A stretch of 64,000 bases of DNA from Chloroflexota bacterium (GTDB lineage Bacteria; Chloroflexota; Anaerolineae; Anaerolineales; UBA11579). The stretch covers positions 3,792 to 67,791 of the forward strand of contig VRUJ01000006.1 of assembly GCA_019456165.1 (NCBI GenBank), read 5' to 3'. Positions 18,988 to 30,025 of the stretch are shown in pieces; within the stretch, counting starts at the first letter, position 1; each line of letters starts with the position of its first letter. The position numbers and the translations under genes are program-made. The notes under the pieces are model-generated. The model worked only from the letters and a program-made list of their open reading frames with translations. It did no database searches and was not told where the DNA came from.

Positions 18988-19257
18988 TCATGTTTTTGTA
19001 AGGACGCGAACACGCCCTGCAATCGGTTGAGCATCCTTTTGCTCCACGATATGTGGATTGTTTTCCAGGATCAGGTCAGTGAATGCGCACAACATTTCCA
19101 TGCGTTCTTCTAACGTGAGGGACTGAAACCAGCGCGCTTTGGCCTCGGGTGTTTCTTCCTGGCGGTCGTGGGAAATGATTTTTTCCATTTCAGGTAAACC
19201 TAGCGAATTCTTTTCTTTTATTGTACTCGGAAAGGTGTTGAAACGCTTGGAAAACAA
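18988..19257 (-). CDS. Small hypothetical protein downstream of mutS2
   Basis: 89-aa ORF that would be co-directional and probably co-transcribed with MutS2. Confidence 0.35.
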   Translation of the reverse strand: MFSKRFNTFPSTIKEKNSLGLPEMEKIISHDRQEETPEAKARWFQSLTLEERMEMLCAFTDLILENNPHIVEQKDAQPIAGRVRVLTKT

Positions 19258-19303
19258 TAACTAATATGGCCAATTATTAGTAAACTTGGGAGACGTTTTC
19301 CAT

Positions 19304-21697
19304 CTAATCCGTCTTCAAAAATGCAACCGTGACGCCATCTCCGCCCTCGCCGCGCTGGCCGGTCTCATACCTCTCCACCTGGGGATGCTTGGCCAGTTCT
19401 TTCCGCATCGCCTGACGCAGCTTTCCCGTACCCTTACCGTGGATTACGCGCACGAAGGGCAGCCCGGCCAGGTAGGCTGCATCCATATGCCGGTCCAGAG
19501 CTTCCAGGGCTTCATCCACACGCATGCCGCGGAGAGCCAGCTCCACTCCCGGTGATTCAACCGAAAAAACTATGCCTCCAGAGGCTTCTGGTATTACTTC
19601 TTTTTCAGGTTTCGGACTGACTATTTCTAAGTCAACCAAGCGTGTGCGTACCCTGAGGACACCTATTTGCACCTCGGTTTCCTCCATCCCCAGCGCACTG
19701 ATCACTCCTTCTTTATTCAAACTGCGCACCAGTACGCGGTCACCCAAGCGCAACGCTCTACTAGGCGCGGATTCTGGCACTTCTTCGCGCTCCACCGGAG
19801 TTGCAACTACTGTTTCTAATTCGACAACTTTTTCGGCTGCTTTTTCGAGAACTTCAAGCGGCTGACGCGCCCTCTGCAGATCACGCCGCACAGCCAGGAT
19901 TTCCTCTTGCAAAGCCTCTATTTCATCTTGAGATTGCTCACGCGCTAGTGACAAAAGTTCCAGGCGCTCATCTTCAATCTTTTCCAGGCGCTCAGCCAGC
20001 GCGTTGCGGATTAGTTCCGCCTCCCGCTGGGCTTCTTCGACCGCGGCTCGCGCAGACCGGGTGAGGTCGCGCTGCCGGTGAATCTCATCCAGTAAATCTT
20101 CAGCGCGTAAATCGGATGGGTCAATCACGGCGCGGGCTGCTTCTACGACCTCATCCTGCAAACCTAACCGCTTTGCAATCGCCAGCGCGTTAGAGCGTCC
20201 GGGCAAGCCGATCGTCAGGTGATAGGTGGGACGCAGGGTATCCATATCGAATTCTACGCTGGCATTCACCACCCCTTTTGTGGTGTGCGCGTAAGCTTTC
20301 AGCTCTGGGTAATGCGTGGCAACCAGCGTAGTGATGCCTTTGTTTACAAAGGTATCCAAAATAGAGCGCGCCAAGGCAGCCCCTTCTTGAGGGTCTGTTC
20401 CGGCGCCTAATTCATCCAGGATGACCAGCGATTTGGCGTCGGCTTTTTCTAGAATTTGGATAATATTGGTGACATGCCCTGAAAAGGTCGAAAGCGACTG
20501 CTCAATGGATTGCTCATCGCCTATATCTGCAAATACAGAATCAAATATGCTGATTTGGGAGCCCGCTTGGGCAGGGATATGCAGCCCTGATTGAGCCATC
20601 AAAGCCAACAGGCCAACCGTCTTCAGGGTAACTGTCTTACCTCCCGTATTCGGCCCGGTTATCACCAATATATAGTTCTGTGGGTGCAGCTCAACGTCAA
20701 TGGGGACCACTGACTGCGCATCCAGCAGTGGGTGGCGCGCCTGCCAGAGTTTCAGAGTTACGCCTGGATGGGGTGAATTTTTCTGAGCCTTGAAAGCCTG
20801 CAAATCTGGTTGGGTAGCTTGGAGGACAACAGCGTATTTTGCGCGCGCAAAAGCCAGATCGAGCTCAGCCAGCGTTTCCACCGTTTGCTGCAGCTCATCA
20901 GCATGCTCTCCGACCTTGCCAGATAGCTCAGCCAGGATACGGCGCTCTTCATCGCGTTCGGCCAACTGTAGTTTGCGCCACTGGTTGTTGATTTCCACAG
21001 TCTGCAAGGGTTCGATGAAAACAGTAACACCGGAGGAAGATTGGTCATGCACTACGCCTTTAACCCGCCCTTTGGCATCCGCCCTCACCGGCAGTACGTA
21101 GCGGCCGTCACGCTGCGTCACCAGGCTCTCTTGGAGATAAGGCGTGATCTTGGGGTTGGTCAGCATGCGCTGCATGCGGGTTAATAAGCGTTCGTGCACC
21201 ACACCTAACTCGCTGCGTATGCTGCCCAAATCTTTTGAGGCCGAATCCAGCACCTCGCCGCGCTCTGAAAGTGTGCGTGAGATGGCATCCACCAAACCTA
21301 ACGGCGGCGGTAATTTGGCAGCGATTTCCGTAAGCTGTGGGTAGGCGCCCTCTGTACGCTCGAAGTTCCTGGCCAATGTACGCGCCGATATCAGCGTGGA
21401 TTTGACATCCAGAAAGTCTGCGGGGATAAGTACTACCCCGCGCTTAGCAGCTTCGACCACTTCACGCACATCGCGTGCCCCGCCAATGGTGGTCTCAGGT
21501 TGAGCCTCCAGCAGTTGGCGCGCTTCGGAAGTCTCGGTTAATAATTTCTGCACCACCTTGAGGTCTGCTGTAGGTCGCAAGGCACGCGCCTTCTCGCCAG
21601 AAGCGCCGAAAGCTGTAAATGCAGCCAGCCGTTCCAGGACTTTATCATATTCCAATATGTGCAGCGTTTTGTCTTCCATCGGGGGGGAGTTTACCAT
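19304..21697 (-). CDS. mutS2: Endonuclease MutS2 (MutS domain plus C-terminal Smr)
   Basis: Walker A GPNTGGKTVTLKTVGL, a long coiled-coil region, and a C-terminal Smr domain (VIHGKGTGKLRQAMRKELAKHPQV). Confidence 0.9.
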   Translation of the reverse strand: MVNSPPMEDKTLHILEYDKVLERLAAFTAFGASGEKARALRPTADLKVVQKLLTETSEARQLLEAQPETTIGGARDVREVVEAAKRGVVLIPADFLDVKSTLISARTLARNFERTEGAYPQLTEIAAKLPPPLGLVDAISRTLSERGEVLDSASKDLGSIRSELGVVHERLLTRMQRMLTNPKITPYLQESLVTQRDGRYVLPVRADAKGRVKGVVHDQSSSGVTVFIEPLQTVEINNQWRKLQLAERDEERRILAELSGKVGEHADELQQTVETLAELDLAFARAKYAVVLQATQPDLQAFKAQKNSPHPGVTLKLWQARHPLLDAQSVVPIDVELHPQNYILVITGPNTGGKTVTLKTVGLLALMAQSGLHIPAQAGSQISIFDSVFADIGDEQSIEQSLSTFSGHVTNIIQILEKADAKSLVILDELGAGTDPQEGAALARSILDTFVNKGITTLVATHYPELKAYAHTTKGVVNASVEFDMDTLRPTYHLTIGLPGRSNALAIAKRLGLQDEVVEAARAVIDPSDLRAEDLLDEIHRQRDLTRSARAAVEEAQREAELIRNALAERLEKIEDERLELLSLAREQSQDEIEALQEEILAVRRDLQRARQPLEVLEKAAEKVVELETVVATPVEREEVPESAPSRALRLGDRVLVRSLNKEGVISALGMEETEVQIGVLRVRTRLVDLEIVSPKPEKEVIPEASGGIVFSVESPGVELALRGMRVDEALEALDRHMDAAYLAGLPFVRVIHGKGTGKLRQAMRKELAKHPQVERYETGQRGEGGDGVTVAFLKTD

Positions 21698-21893
21698 AGT
21701 TCAGTAATCTATTTGCGGCATACAATCACAGGAGTGGTAAATACTTTTATATCTAAACCAGATTGGTTTTGAAACCCCTTCGGGTTTGAACTTTCGGTTA
21801 ACAACATATCACTATTACTCCTCCCCAGCCTCCTATTGGACAACCCAGAATTATGCTATATTTGTTACCCAGATATAGTTTGAGGAGCAACTT

Positions 21894-22640
21894 ATGAGAC
21901 AGCCGCGAAAACAAATCCAACTATTGATTTGTGGAATTACCGTGATAATCGCCATCTTAGCTTGTTCGCTCCCCGAAAGCCCGGAGGAGACGCCCACTGC
22001 CGTGGCAGAAACCTTGAGCGCAACACCAACAAATCCAACAGCAACCCCCACACCAGAGGCTGAAGCCCCAACCGCGATAGCCACAGATGCGCCTCTCCCC
22101 ACAAACACACCTGTCATTTCTACTGCAACTCAACCCCCTCCGCCCGATGGAGTCAGTTTGAACTGTGATGGCACATACCAGCGCTTTCGGCTCGCCGACC
22201 AGGGCATCAATGGTAAGACTGTCTCGATAGATAGTTGGGACGGCAATGCCTGGGTAAATGTATGGAACGTTTCCAGCGGAGACCCAAATCTACAACAATA
22301 CACCATCGAAACTGGTCATTACCAGTTTGGCGAATGTCAAAGACTTGTCATCGTTCCCACGCGCTACTCAAATCCACAGGTATTTGTCGAGCTGGATATT
22401 TATGTTTGGAATGGCGCGGGGATGTCTTTGGTTTATCACCACGAAGGAGCGTATGGCGAATGGAGCAAAGCCGGGCTGGCGATCACCTTCGAATGGGCCA
22501 GCACGTTGGGCTGGGTGAACGGTGGGCCGCTTGGCCCCTGCGAATACACCACTTTGCAGCATACCTGGGATGGGACGGCTTTCAACCAAACCGGTTCAGC
22601 AGTAAACCCGGTACCCAACTGCACTCCAAGCGCTCCCTAA
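21894..22640 (+). CDS. Secreted/lipoprotein-like hypothetical protein with Pro/Thr-rich linker
   Basis: Signal peptide with a Cys (ILACS), a PT-rich low-complexity stretch, then a ~170-aa globular domain. Confidence 0.55.
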   Translation: MRQPRKQIQLLICGITVIIAILACSLPESPEETPTAVAETLSATPTNPTATPTPEAEAPTAIATDAPLPTNTPVISTATQPPPPDGVSLNCDGTYQRFRLADQGINGKTVSIDSWDGNAWVNVWNVSSGDPNLQQYTIETGHYQFGECQRLVIVPTRYSNPQVFVELDIYVWNGAGMSLVYHHEGAYGEWSKAGLAITFEWASTLGWVNGGPLGPCEYTTLQHTWDGTAFNQTGSAVNPVPNCTPSAP

Positions 22641-22734
22641 ACACTCTGGAATGAACACGTATTTGACATTACCTTTTCCGTGGCCTACAATATAAAGCGT
22701 TTTATTAGCCATAGTATTTGTTAACAATTCATTT

Positions 22735-25700
22735 ATGATAGATTCCCTGGTTGGCACAACCATAAACGAACGTTACCGGATTGACTCCGAACTAGGAAAG
22801 GGCGGTATGGGAACTGTATACCGCGCCAATGACTCAGCCCTAGAGCGTGATGTAGCTATTAAATTAATGTCCAACTCAAAACTGGGCACTGAAGGCCGCA
22901 CCCGGTTACTGCGTGAAGCTAAACTGGTGGCCAAACTAGATCACCCTAACATAGTCACGGTCTTCGACACAGGCGAGGTTGACAAGAATCCTTACATCGT
23001 CATGCAGTTAGTTGAAGGTCATACCTTATACGAGAAACCTCCGAAAGGTTTGGAAGAAATCACCACAATCATGCGCCAGGTGTGTACTGCTTTGGAGCAC
23101 GCGCATAACAATGGTATCATCCACCGTGATCTGAAACCTGAAAATGTGATCATTGAGACTGGCGGAAAGGTTAAACTGATGGATTTCGGTCTGGCACGCT
23201 CAGTGGCCTCTCGCTTGACTTCCGAAGGCACTATCATCGGCACAGTGTTCTATATGGCGCCTGAAATCGCGCTTGGGCAAGAGATTGATGAGCGCACTGA
23301 CCTTTACTCCCTGGGTGTAATGCTTTACGAATTAACCACCGGTGTGATGCCCTTTGAAGATGCTGACCCGGTGGCCGTTATCTCCCAACACATCCACGCC
23401 CCTGTGGTGCCGCCCAGAGCTAAAAACGAAGACCTGCCCCCCGCGCTAAATGACCTCATTGTCAGCCTGTTGAGTAAAGCCCCCGCTGACCACCCTGCTT
23501 CTGCCTCGGAAGTGATCGGTACCTTAGATAGTCCCAACCTGCTCGACAAAGATGCCACCCCTGCCGAGGAACTCACCATGCTGGACCGCATTGTGCGCGG
23601 CAGGATGGTGGGTCGCAAAAAAGAATTTGAAGACGCCCGCGCAGCCTGGAAAAAAGCTGCCGCTGGTGATGGTCAGCTGCTGCTAATTAGTGGCGAACCG
23701 GGAATTGGGAAAACGCGCTTGACGCGTGAGATCAGCACGCATGCCGATGTGACTGGCGGGCAAGTGTTCGTGGGAGCCAGTTATGCAGAGGGCGATACCC
23801 CATACGCCCCCTTCCGCCAAATCCTGCGTGAGGCGCTAAGCGGTAAGAACACTCAAGAAATTGACCTGCCCGATTTCGTCCTGGCAGACCTGCTCTTTTT
23901 AGCGCCTGATCTACGCTCACGCTACCCTGAAAGCATAACAAATCAAAGTAAAGATTTGCAAATAGAGCAGCAAAGTCTCTTTGAGAACTTCGCTATTTTT
24001 ATCAATAAGCTCAGCGAGCAAGCCCCATTGCTGCTTGTGTTGGAAGATGTCCATTGGGCAGACAGCGGAACACTCTATCTGATGCGTTACCTGGCGCGCA
24101 ATACCCGCAAACAGCGTGTGATGATTACTCCTACCTACCGCGAGGTGGAACTTGATGAAGCGCGTCCATTGCATGAAGTATTGTTAGATATTGAACGTGA
24201 AAATTTAGCCGCGCGTATTAAACTCTCCCGCCTGACACGCGACCAAGCCCAGGATATGTTGGCTGCCATGTTCGCCGAAGATATCCCAGATGAGATCCTG
24301 AATGGTATTTACCGCGAAACTGAGGGAAACCCGTTCTTCATTGAAGAAGTTTGTAAAGCGTTGGTCGAGAGCGGTAAATTTTATTATCAAGCTGGTGAGT
24401 GGCATAGTCCAGACATGGCAGAGTTGGGCATCCCGCAGAGTGTGCGTGTGGCCATCCAATCACGTCTGGGCAAACTGCCAAAGGATGTCCAGGATATATT
24501 GCGACAGGCCGCATTCTTGGGACGCGAATTCAATTTCGAAACCCTAGCCCTCGCCGCCGAATTAGATGAAGACACTTTAATAGACGGTCTGGAAAGCGCC
24601 GAACGCGCCCAATTGATCGAAGAATTGGAGAGCAAAGAGCCGATCACATTTGCCTTTGTGCATGCCTTGATCCCCACCACCCTGGTCGAAGGTGTGCGCA
24701 CACTGAAGCGCCGCAGGCTGCACCGCCGCGCGGCCAATGCTATCGAAGCTTTGCACCCAGATGATCTGGAAGCCCTAGCCTATCACTTCCTCGAAGCCGG
24801 GGAAACCGAGAAAGCAGTGGGCTATTTGCTCCAGGTAGCAGACCAGGCACGCGTGTTATACGCTCACCAGGAAGCTATCGACAGCTACCTGCAGGCTTTA
24901 GAATTCCTCAAAGAGAGCGAGCATCTCGAAAGCGCCGCCCGCACCCAGATGAAGTTAGCGCTGACCTACCACAACGCATTCGAATTCGCCAAATCCCGGC
25001 AAGCATACCAGGAAGGTTTTAATTTATGGCAGCGGGCGGGAGAAACAGGGCCAGCCGAAACAACGCCTGCGCCCCATGCACTGCGCCTGGTTTGGGGTGA
25101 TCCAATTTCCTTAGACCCAGGATTTTGCAATGATAACTTTTCGGCATTTGTCAGTTGCCAGCTCTTCAGTGGTTTAGTGGAACTAACTCCCAATTTAAAT
25201 ATCCTGCCTGACGCCGCCCGAAAATGGGAAGTGCTAGATGAGGGCCGTAAATACATCTTTCATTTACGAAAAAATATGCTTTGGAGTGATGGCATCCCCG
25301 TAACAGCGGGTGATTTTGAGTTTGCCTGGAAACGGATGTTAGCACCAGAAGAAAATATGCCGGGAGCTAATCTCTTATACGATATTACTAACGCAAAAGC
25401 TTTCCATCAAGGCAAATTGAAAGATATCCAGCAAGTGGGCATCACAGCTAAGGATGATCTCACCCTGATTGTGGAGCTGGAAGAACCTGCCAGTTATTTC
25501 TTACAGATGCTTGCCGGAGTTATCGGCTTTCCCATCCCACAGCACACGCTAGCTGAGCACGGGGAAGCTTGGACTGATCTGGATAAGATGGTAACTAACG
25601 GCCCCTTTAGGATTGTGGGCTGGGAGCGGGGAAAATCAATGCTGCTTAAATACAACCCTGGCTATAACGGCCGTATTTCGGGTAATTTCCAGGAAATGAA

Positions 25701-26571
25701 ACTGGCGCTCAATTGGAATCAAATTGAGGAAATATTACACATGTACGAGCATAATAAATTGGATGCAATCAATACATTGTTCATATCCAGGGGTAGAGTG
25801 AGAGCTCACCAGAAGTATGCTGGAGATTATGTCACGGGGCCTTTATTACTCACCCAATACATTGGGTTTAATGTGGAGCAGCCTCCCTTCGATGATTCAC
25901 GCGTGCGCCAGGCTATAATCCTCGCCACAAATAGAGAATTTCTAGCTGATGAGGTGGTTAGAGGTTTGTTTTCCCCGGCTACAGGAGGCTATATTCCCCT
26001 AGGGATGCCTGGACATTCACCGAAAATTGGTTTGCCTTACGACCCCGATAAGGGCAAAGAACTTTTGGCCGAGGCCGGTTACGCTGGAGGTGGAGGATTT
26101 CCCACAATTGAAGCGCTAGCGTCTTCAGGAAGACAAGGACCCGGGACTGCGTATTTGCAAACGCAGTGGTTGGAAATCCTGGGAATCGAGATCAACTGGA
26201 CCTTTTTAGAATTCGACATGTTACTCGAAAAACTAAAAACTGATAACCCACAAATGTGGTTCATAGGGTGGACCCCAAATTACCCCGACCCAGATGATTA
26301 TTTACGGATTAGTAGTGCTATGGAGGAAACCAATTGGCGCAACAATCAATTCCAACAACTCGTAAAAAAGGCCAGACGGTTGCAAGACCAGCCGGAACGT
26401 ATAAAACTATACCAGCAAGCAGACAAGATTCTAATAGAAGACGCTGCCATCTTACCCCTGCTCTATGGGCGCAACCATTTACTTATAAAGCCTTGGGTGA
26501 GGAACTACCCGATGACTCCTCTAACAGCGGTAAGTTTAAAAGATGTGATCATCGAGCCGCACGAGGAATAA
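22735..26571 (+). CDS. Multidomain Ser/Thr protein kinase, AAA/P-loop NTPase, TPR, C-terminal SBP5 (family-5 solute-binding) domain
   Basis: Kinase motifs GKGGMGTVYRA, HRDLKPENVII, DFGLAR. Walker A GEPGIGKTRL and Walker B LLVLEDVHWAD. The C-terminal ~500 aa resemble oligopeptide-binding SBP5 proteins. No TM segment is apparent. Confidence 0.8.
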   Translation: MIDSLVGTTINERYRIDSELGKGGMGTVYRANDSALERDVAIKLMSNSKLGTEGRTRLLREAKLVAKLDHPNIVTVFDTGEVDKNPYIVMQLVEGHTLYEKPPKGLEEITTIMRQVCTALEHAHNNGIIHRDLKPENVIIETGGKVKLMDFGLARSVASRLTSEGTIIGTVFYMAPEIALGQEIDERTDLYSLGVMLYELTTGVMPFEDADPVAVISQHIHAPVVPPRAKNEDLPPALNDLIVSLLSKAPADHPASASEVIGTLDSPNLLDKDATPAEELTMLDRIVRGRMVGRKKEFEDARAAWKKAAAGDGQLLLISGEPGIGKTRLTREISTHADVTGGQVFVGASYAEGDTPYAPFRQILREALSGKNTQEIDLPDFVLADLLFLAPDLRSRYPESITNQSKDLQIEQQSLFENFAIFINKLSEQAPLLLVLEDVHWADSGTLYLMRYLARNTRKQRVMITPTYREVELDEARPLHEVLLDIERENLAARIKLSRLTRDQAQDMLAAMFAEDIPDEILNGIYRETEGNPFFIEEVCKALVESGKFYYQAGEWHSPDMAELGIPQSVRVAIQSRLGKLPKDVQDILRQAAFLGREFNFETLALAAELDEDTLIDGLESAERAQLIEELESKEPITFAFVHALIPTTLVEGVRTLKRRRLHRRAANAIEALHPDDLEALAYHFLEAGETEKAVGYLLQVADQARVLYAHQEAIDSYLQALEFLKESEHLESAARTQMKLALTYHNAFEFAKSRQAYQEGFNLWQRAGETGPAETTPAPHALRLVWGDPISLDPGFCNDNFSAFVSCQLFSGLVELTPNLNILPDAARKWEVLDEGRKYIFHLRKNMLWSDGIPVTAGDFEFAWKRMLAPEENMPGANLLYDITNAKAFHQGKLKDIQQVGITAKDDLTLIVELEEPASYFLQMLAGVIGFPIPQHTLAEHGEAWTDLDKMVTNGPFRIVGWERGKSMLLKYNPGYNGRISGNFQEMKLALNWNQIEEILHMYEHNKLDAINTLFISRGRVRAHQKYAGDYVTGPLLLTQYIGFNVEQPPFDDSRVRQAIILATNREFLADEVVRGLFSPATGGYIPLGMPGHSPKIGLPYDPDKGKELLAEAGYAGGGGFPTIEALASSGRQGPGTAYLQTQWLEILGIEINWTFLEFDMLLEKLKTDNPQMWFIGWTPNYPDPDDYLRISSAMEETNWRNNQFQQLVKKARRLQDQPERIKLYQQADKILIEDAAILPLLYGRNHLLIKPWVRNYPMTPLTAVSLKDVIIEPHEE

Positions 26572-26700
26572 GGGCGCTCAGCTCAATTTCTGAATACATA
26601 TCTATCTTCGCCAGGTTGAATGTGGCTGATATACCAATCTCCAATACTTAATTAGGCGCCGAAGGCAACAAACCATCAACATCTCAGATTATGCAAATAC

Positions 26701-27927
26701 ATGATTGAAAAACTACGCACGATCTATAACGATTACCCCAGCCAGTTCTGGCTCTTGATGGCCGCCAGCTTGGTTGATATGGTGGGTGGGGTCTTGATAT
26801 TTCCCTTTTTCTCGCTCTATTTCACCGAGAAATTCGATGTCGGGCTGGCCCAGGTCGGGATCATTTATGCCCTATGGGCGTTTTCCGGTATTCTCGGTCA
26901 GGCCTTGGGTGGGGCACTTACCGACCGAGCAGGCCGCAAGCTTATGGTAATTGCCGGTTTGATATTTAGCGCGCTGACAAGCCTCGCCTTGGCCCTCGTA
27001 ACAGATTTCGGGTTGGTCTATATCACCGCCGCTGTCGGCGGCCTTTTCTCCAGCAGCGCCGGACCCGCTAGGCAAGCTATGATAGCCGACCTTTTACGCG
27101 AAGATCAACTGACTGAGGGCTATAGCATCTCACGCGTGATCGGTAACGTGGCATTTGCCATTGGTCCTGCAATTGGTGGACTCCTGGCAAGCGTATCGTA
27201 TGTATTGCTTTTCTTCATTGACGCGGCCACGAGCATAATCACCGCTATTATCATAGCCACGTTCCTCTTGGAAACGCGATCCCAGTCCGCTGCTCAAAAA
27301 ACATCCCGGCAATCCCTTGCTCAAGTCTTCCGGGGCTATTTCCAGGTATTGAGAGATCGTATCCTGGTCGTTGTGCTTTTACTAGCGGGGATAGTGTTTC
27401 CAGTCTACTGGCAGTGGTACTTTTCGGTACCGGTGTTCATGCGCGACGCGCATAGTATGCCGCCCTATTTTTACGGCAGCTTGATGAGTATGGCCGGGAT
27501 CATTGTCGTGGTTGTCCAGTTTCCCCTCACTCGCTGGCTGCGCCCATATCCACCCCTGACGCTCATGGTAGCTGGCAGTTTGCTGTTTGCGCTGGGTTTT
27601 GGTATGTTTGGCTTCGTGATGGGTTACAGTATGTTTATGCTCGCCTTCGCTATCATCACCTTTGGGGAAATGATATTCCTCCCAACTCAGCAAGCTATAG
27701 TGGCTCGGCTGGCGCCTGAAGAAATGCGCGGCCGCTATATGGCTGTATCCGGCATTGCATTTTCCCTTCCGAATATATTCAGGCCTGCGCTGGGAGGCTA
27801 TCTGCTGGATAAGTTCGATCCTAATTGGCTATGGTATCTTGCTGGAATAGTTTGCACCGTTGGAGCAGTTGGCTATTGTGCTCTTCACAATCGCTTACCG
27901 GATGACGGCCCCCTTTCCTCCCAATAG
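26701..27927 (+). CDS. MFS transporter
   Basis: 12 predicted TM segments. GxxxDRxGRK motif (TDRAGRKLM). Confidence 0.8.
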   Translation: MIEKLRTIYNDYPSQFWLLMAASLVDMVGGVLIFPFFSLYFTEKFDVGLAQVGIIYALWAFSGILGQALGGALTDRAGRKLMVIAGLIFSALTSLALALVTDFGLVYITAAVGGLFSSSAGPARQAMIADLLREDQLTEGYSISRVIGNVAFAIGPAIGGLLASVSYVLLFFIDAATSIITAIIIATFLLETRSQSAAQKTSRQSLAQVFRGYFQVLRDRILVVVLLLAGIVFPVYWQWYFSVPVFMRDAHSMPPYFYGSLMSMAGIIVVVVQFPLTRWLRPYPPLTLMVAGSLLFALGFGMFGFVMGYSMFMLAFAIITFGEMIFLPTQQAIVARLAPEEMRGRYMAVSGIAFSLPNIFRPALGGYLLDKFDPNWLWYLAGIVCTVGAVGYCALHNRLPDDGPLSSQ

Positions 27928-28102
27928 CCCCTTTGCCAACCTTCCTAGTATAACCGCGTCCAGCGATTTCTTCTTTATGGTGCTGGAACCATGGGCCAAT
28001 CACCGAAGCTCAGGCTGATGTCATCGACCTAAAACATAACGTTGGGCTTTTGGTAGACTAGAGTGAACTCCTGATCCTAGTTTTCCGAGTAAATTAGCCA
28101 TC

Positions 28103-29864
28103 TCACTCATGCGGATCGCCATCTATATTAGTATCTCTGGCTGGCAGGGGATAATCCCCGGCGATGCCATATGCCTCATAGCCAATGCCATACATGTACC
28201 ACCTGCCGTTGGATGGCCGGTATATTGTCTGATCCCAGCTTCCATCCCCATCATAATCTCCTGGTACTGGAATATCTCCAGATATTCCATAGGCCACGTA
28301 GCCTTGCCCCAACACATACCACCTACCATTGCTTGGGCGGTAGATGGCGACATCAAAATCTCCATCTCCATCGTAATCTCCGGGCACGGGTATGTCTCAG
28401 GGATGCCCCAGGCCGAATAGCCCTGATCCTTGACGTACCACCTGCCGTTGCTGGGCCGGTATATTGCTACGTCACAATCCCCATCCCCGTCATAATCTCC
28501 AGGTACCGGGATATCTCCAGCGATCCCATAGGCTGTTTAGCCTTGGTCTTTAACGTACCACCTGCCGTCGCTGGGCCGGTAAATGGCGACGTCAGCATCC
28601 CCATCTCCATCATAGTCGCAGGGCATGGGGATATCACCGGTAACGCCATATCCCGAATTACCACCACCGTAGAAGTACCATCTGCCATTAGATGGACGGA
28701 AAACTGCGATGTCTGTATCTCCATCCCCATCATAATCTTGCGGGATAGGGATATCTCCTGTGGTCCCATAAGCGGCAAGAAGTCCTGCGGTTGATGTGTA
28801 CCAACGCCCATTAGATGGACGGAAGACTGAGACATCCTGTCGCCATCGCCATCAAAATCAGTGGGTAACCCTCCACAGATAATGTTAGAGCTGGATAAGT
28901 CCGTCACACTGGACAGCCAGGTCTGGAAACTTGAATCAGGAGGTTCACACAGGCTGGTGCCGTTAAACTCAAATGTGAACAAACTGGTCAGGTTGGTCAG
29001 GCTCGCAGGCAGCCATCCGGCTAGGGAAGTGTTGTTTTGAATATATAAGTCAATTAGATTGGTCAAGTTACCAAGCTCAGTTGGAACGATTCCGCCTAAA
29101 CTATTGTCGCTCAAATAGATACCTTGCAGGTTTGTGAGATTGCCCAACTGTGTGGGGATACCCCCCGTTAGGCTGTTGCCTGACAAGCCCAGGACCTCCA
29201 AGTTTGAAAGATTTCCCAATTCCGAGGGAATACCCCCCGTCAGGCTATTGCTCCCCAACCTGAGATGTCCCAAATTTACAAGATTGCTCAACTCTGTGGG
29301 GATGCTGCCGCTCAAGTTGTTTTGGGACAAATTGAATATTAGCAGGTTTGTGAGATTGCCCAACTGTGTGGGGATGCCCCCCGTCAGGCTGTTGTTACTC
29401 AACCAGAGCTGTGTCAAGTTTGTAAGATTGCCCAACTCAATAGGGATGGTGCCTGTCAAGCCGTTAAAATTCAACACGAGATTTGTCAAATTTGAAAGAT
29501 TGCCCAACTGTGAAGGGATGCTGCTGGCAAGATTGTTGTTCGTTAAATCTAACGTGGTCACATTCCCGGTGGTGCAGGTTATGCCATACCACGTGCAGGG
29601 CGTATTGGTAGTTTTCCAACCCGTATTGCTGTACCAGCTTGCCCCGGTCGTCCCATCATACAATGCCACCAACGCCTCACATTCAACTTGGGGTATATCG
29701 GTCTGGTCGCCTGGATAGGTGCAGCCTGTGTAGGTCGCGGCAAGAGGTTCTGCCTGGGCATTGCTGACTCCTACTAGCGCAATAACCAATAAAGACAAGA
29801 TAAATACCAGAGCAACTCCGCGCCCTGATAATCTCCGCTTTTGTGACATCCTTTTTTCCTCCAT
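28103..29864 (-). pseudogene. LRR/FG-GAP-repeat secreted protein, copy 1 of 4; disrupted by frameshifts and a nonsense codon
   Basis: The N-terminal half is intact (MEEKRMSQKRRLS..., plant-type LRRs). The C-terminal half is read only in fragments. Lesions relative to copy 2: a 1-bp deletion at ~28397, a TAA (G->T) at ~28527, and a 1-bp deletion at ~28838. The conserved C-terminal tail ...[16 protein letters not shown] is still recognisable at 28103-28387. Confidence 0.75.
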
Positions 29865-30025
29865 GTTCTGTTCTCCATTATCCGTAGTTGATATATTTAT
29901 TTGTATTGCAGAATTAATCTTTTTCTCTCCACCGAATAGCCAGCCAATTGATTCAACATCGAGTGGATACATAGATTATACAGGCTTACCTATTGGAAAG
30001 CCATTATTTGATGTAAAAAAATATC

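Noticed and set aside
19286-21344. Multiple plus-strand ORFs inside mutS2 (19524..19865, 19801..20064, 20790..21101, 21144..21344)
   Set aside because: They lie antisense to a well-supported 797-aa MutS2 gene. They are Ser/Arg-rich artefacts of high-GC codon structure.
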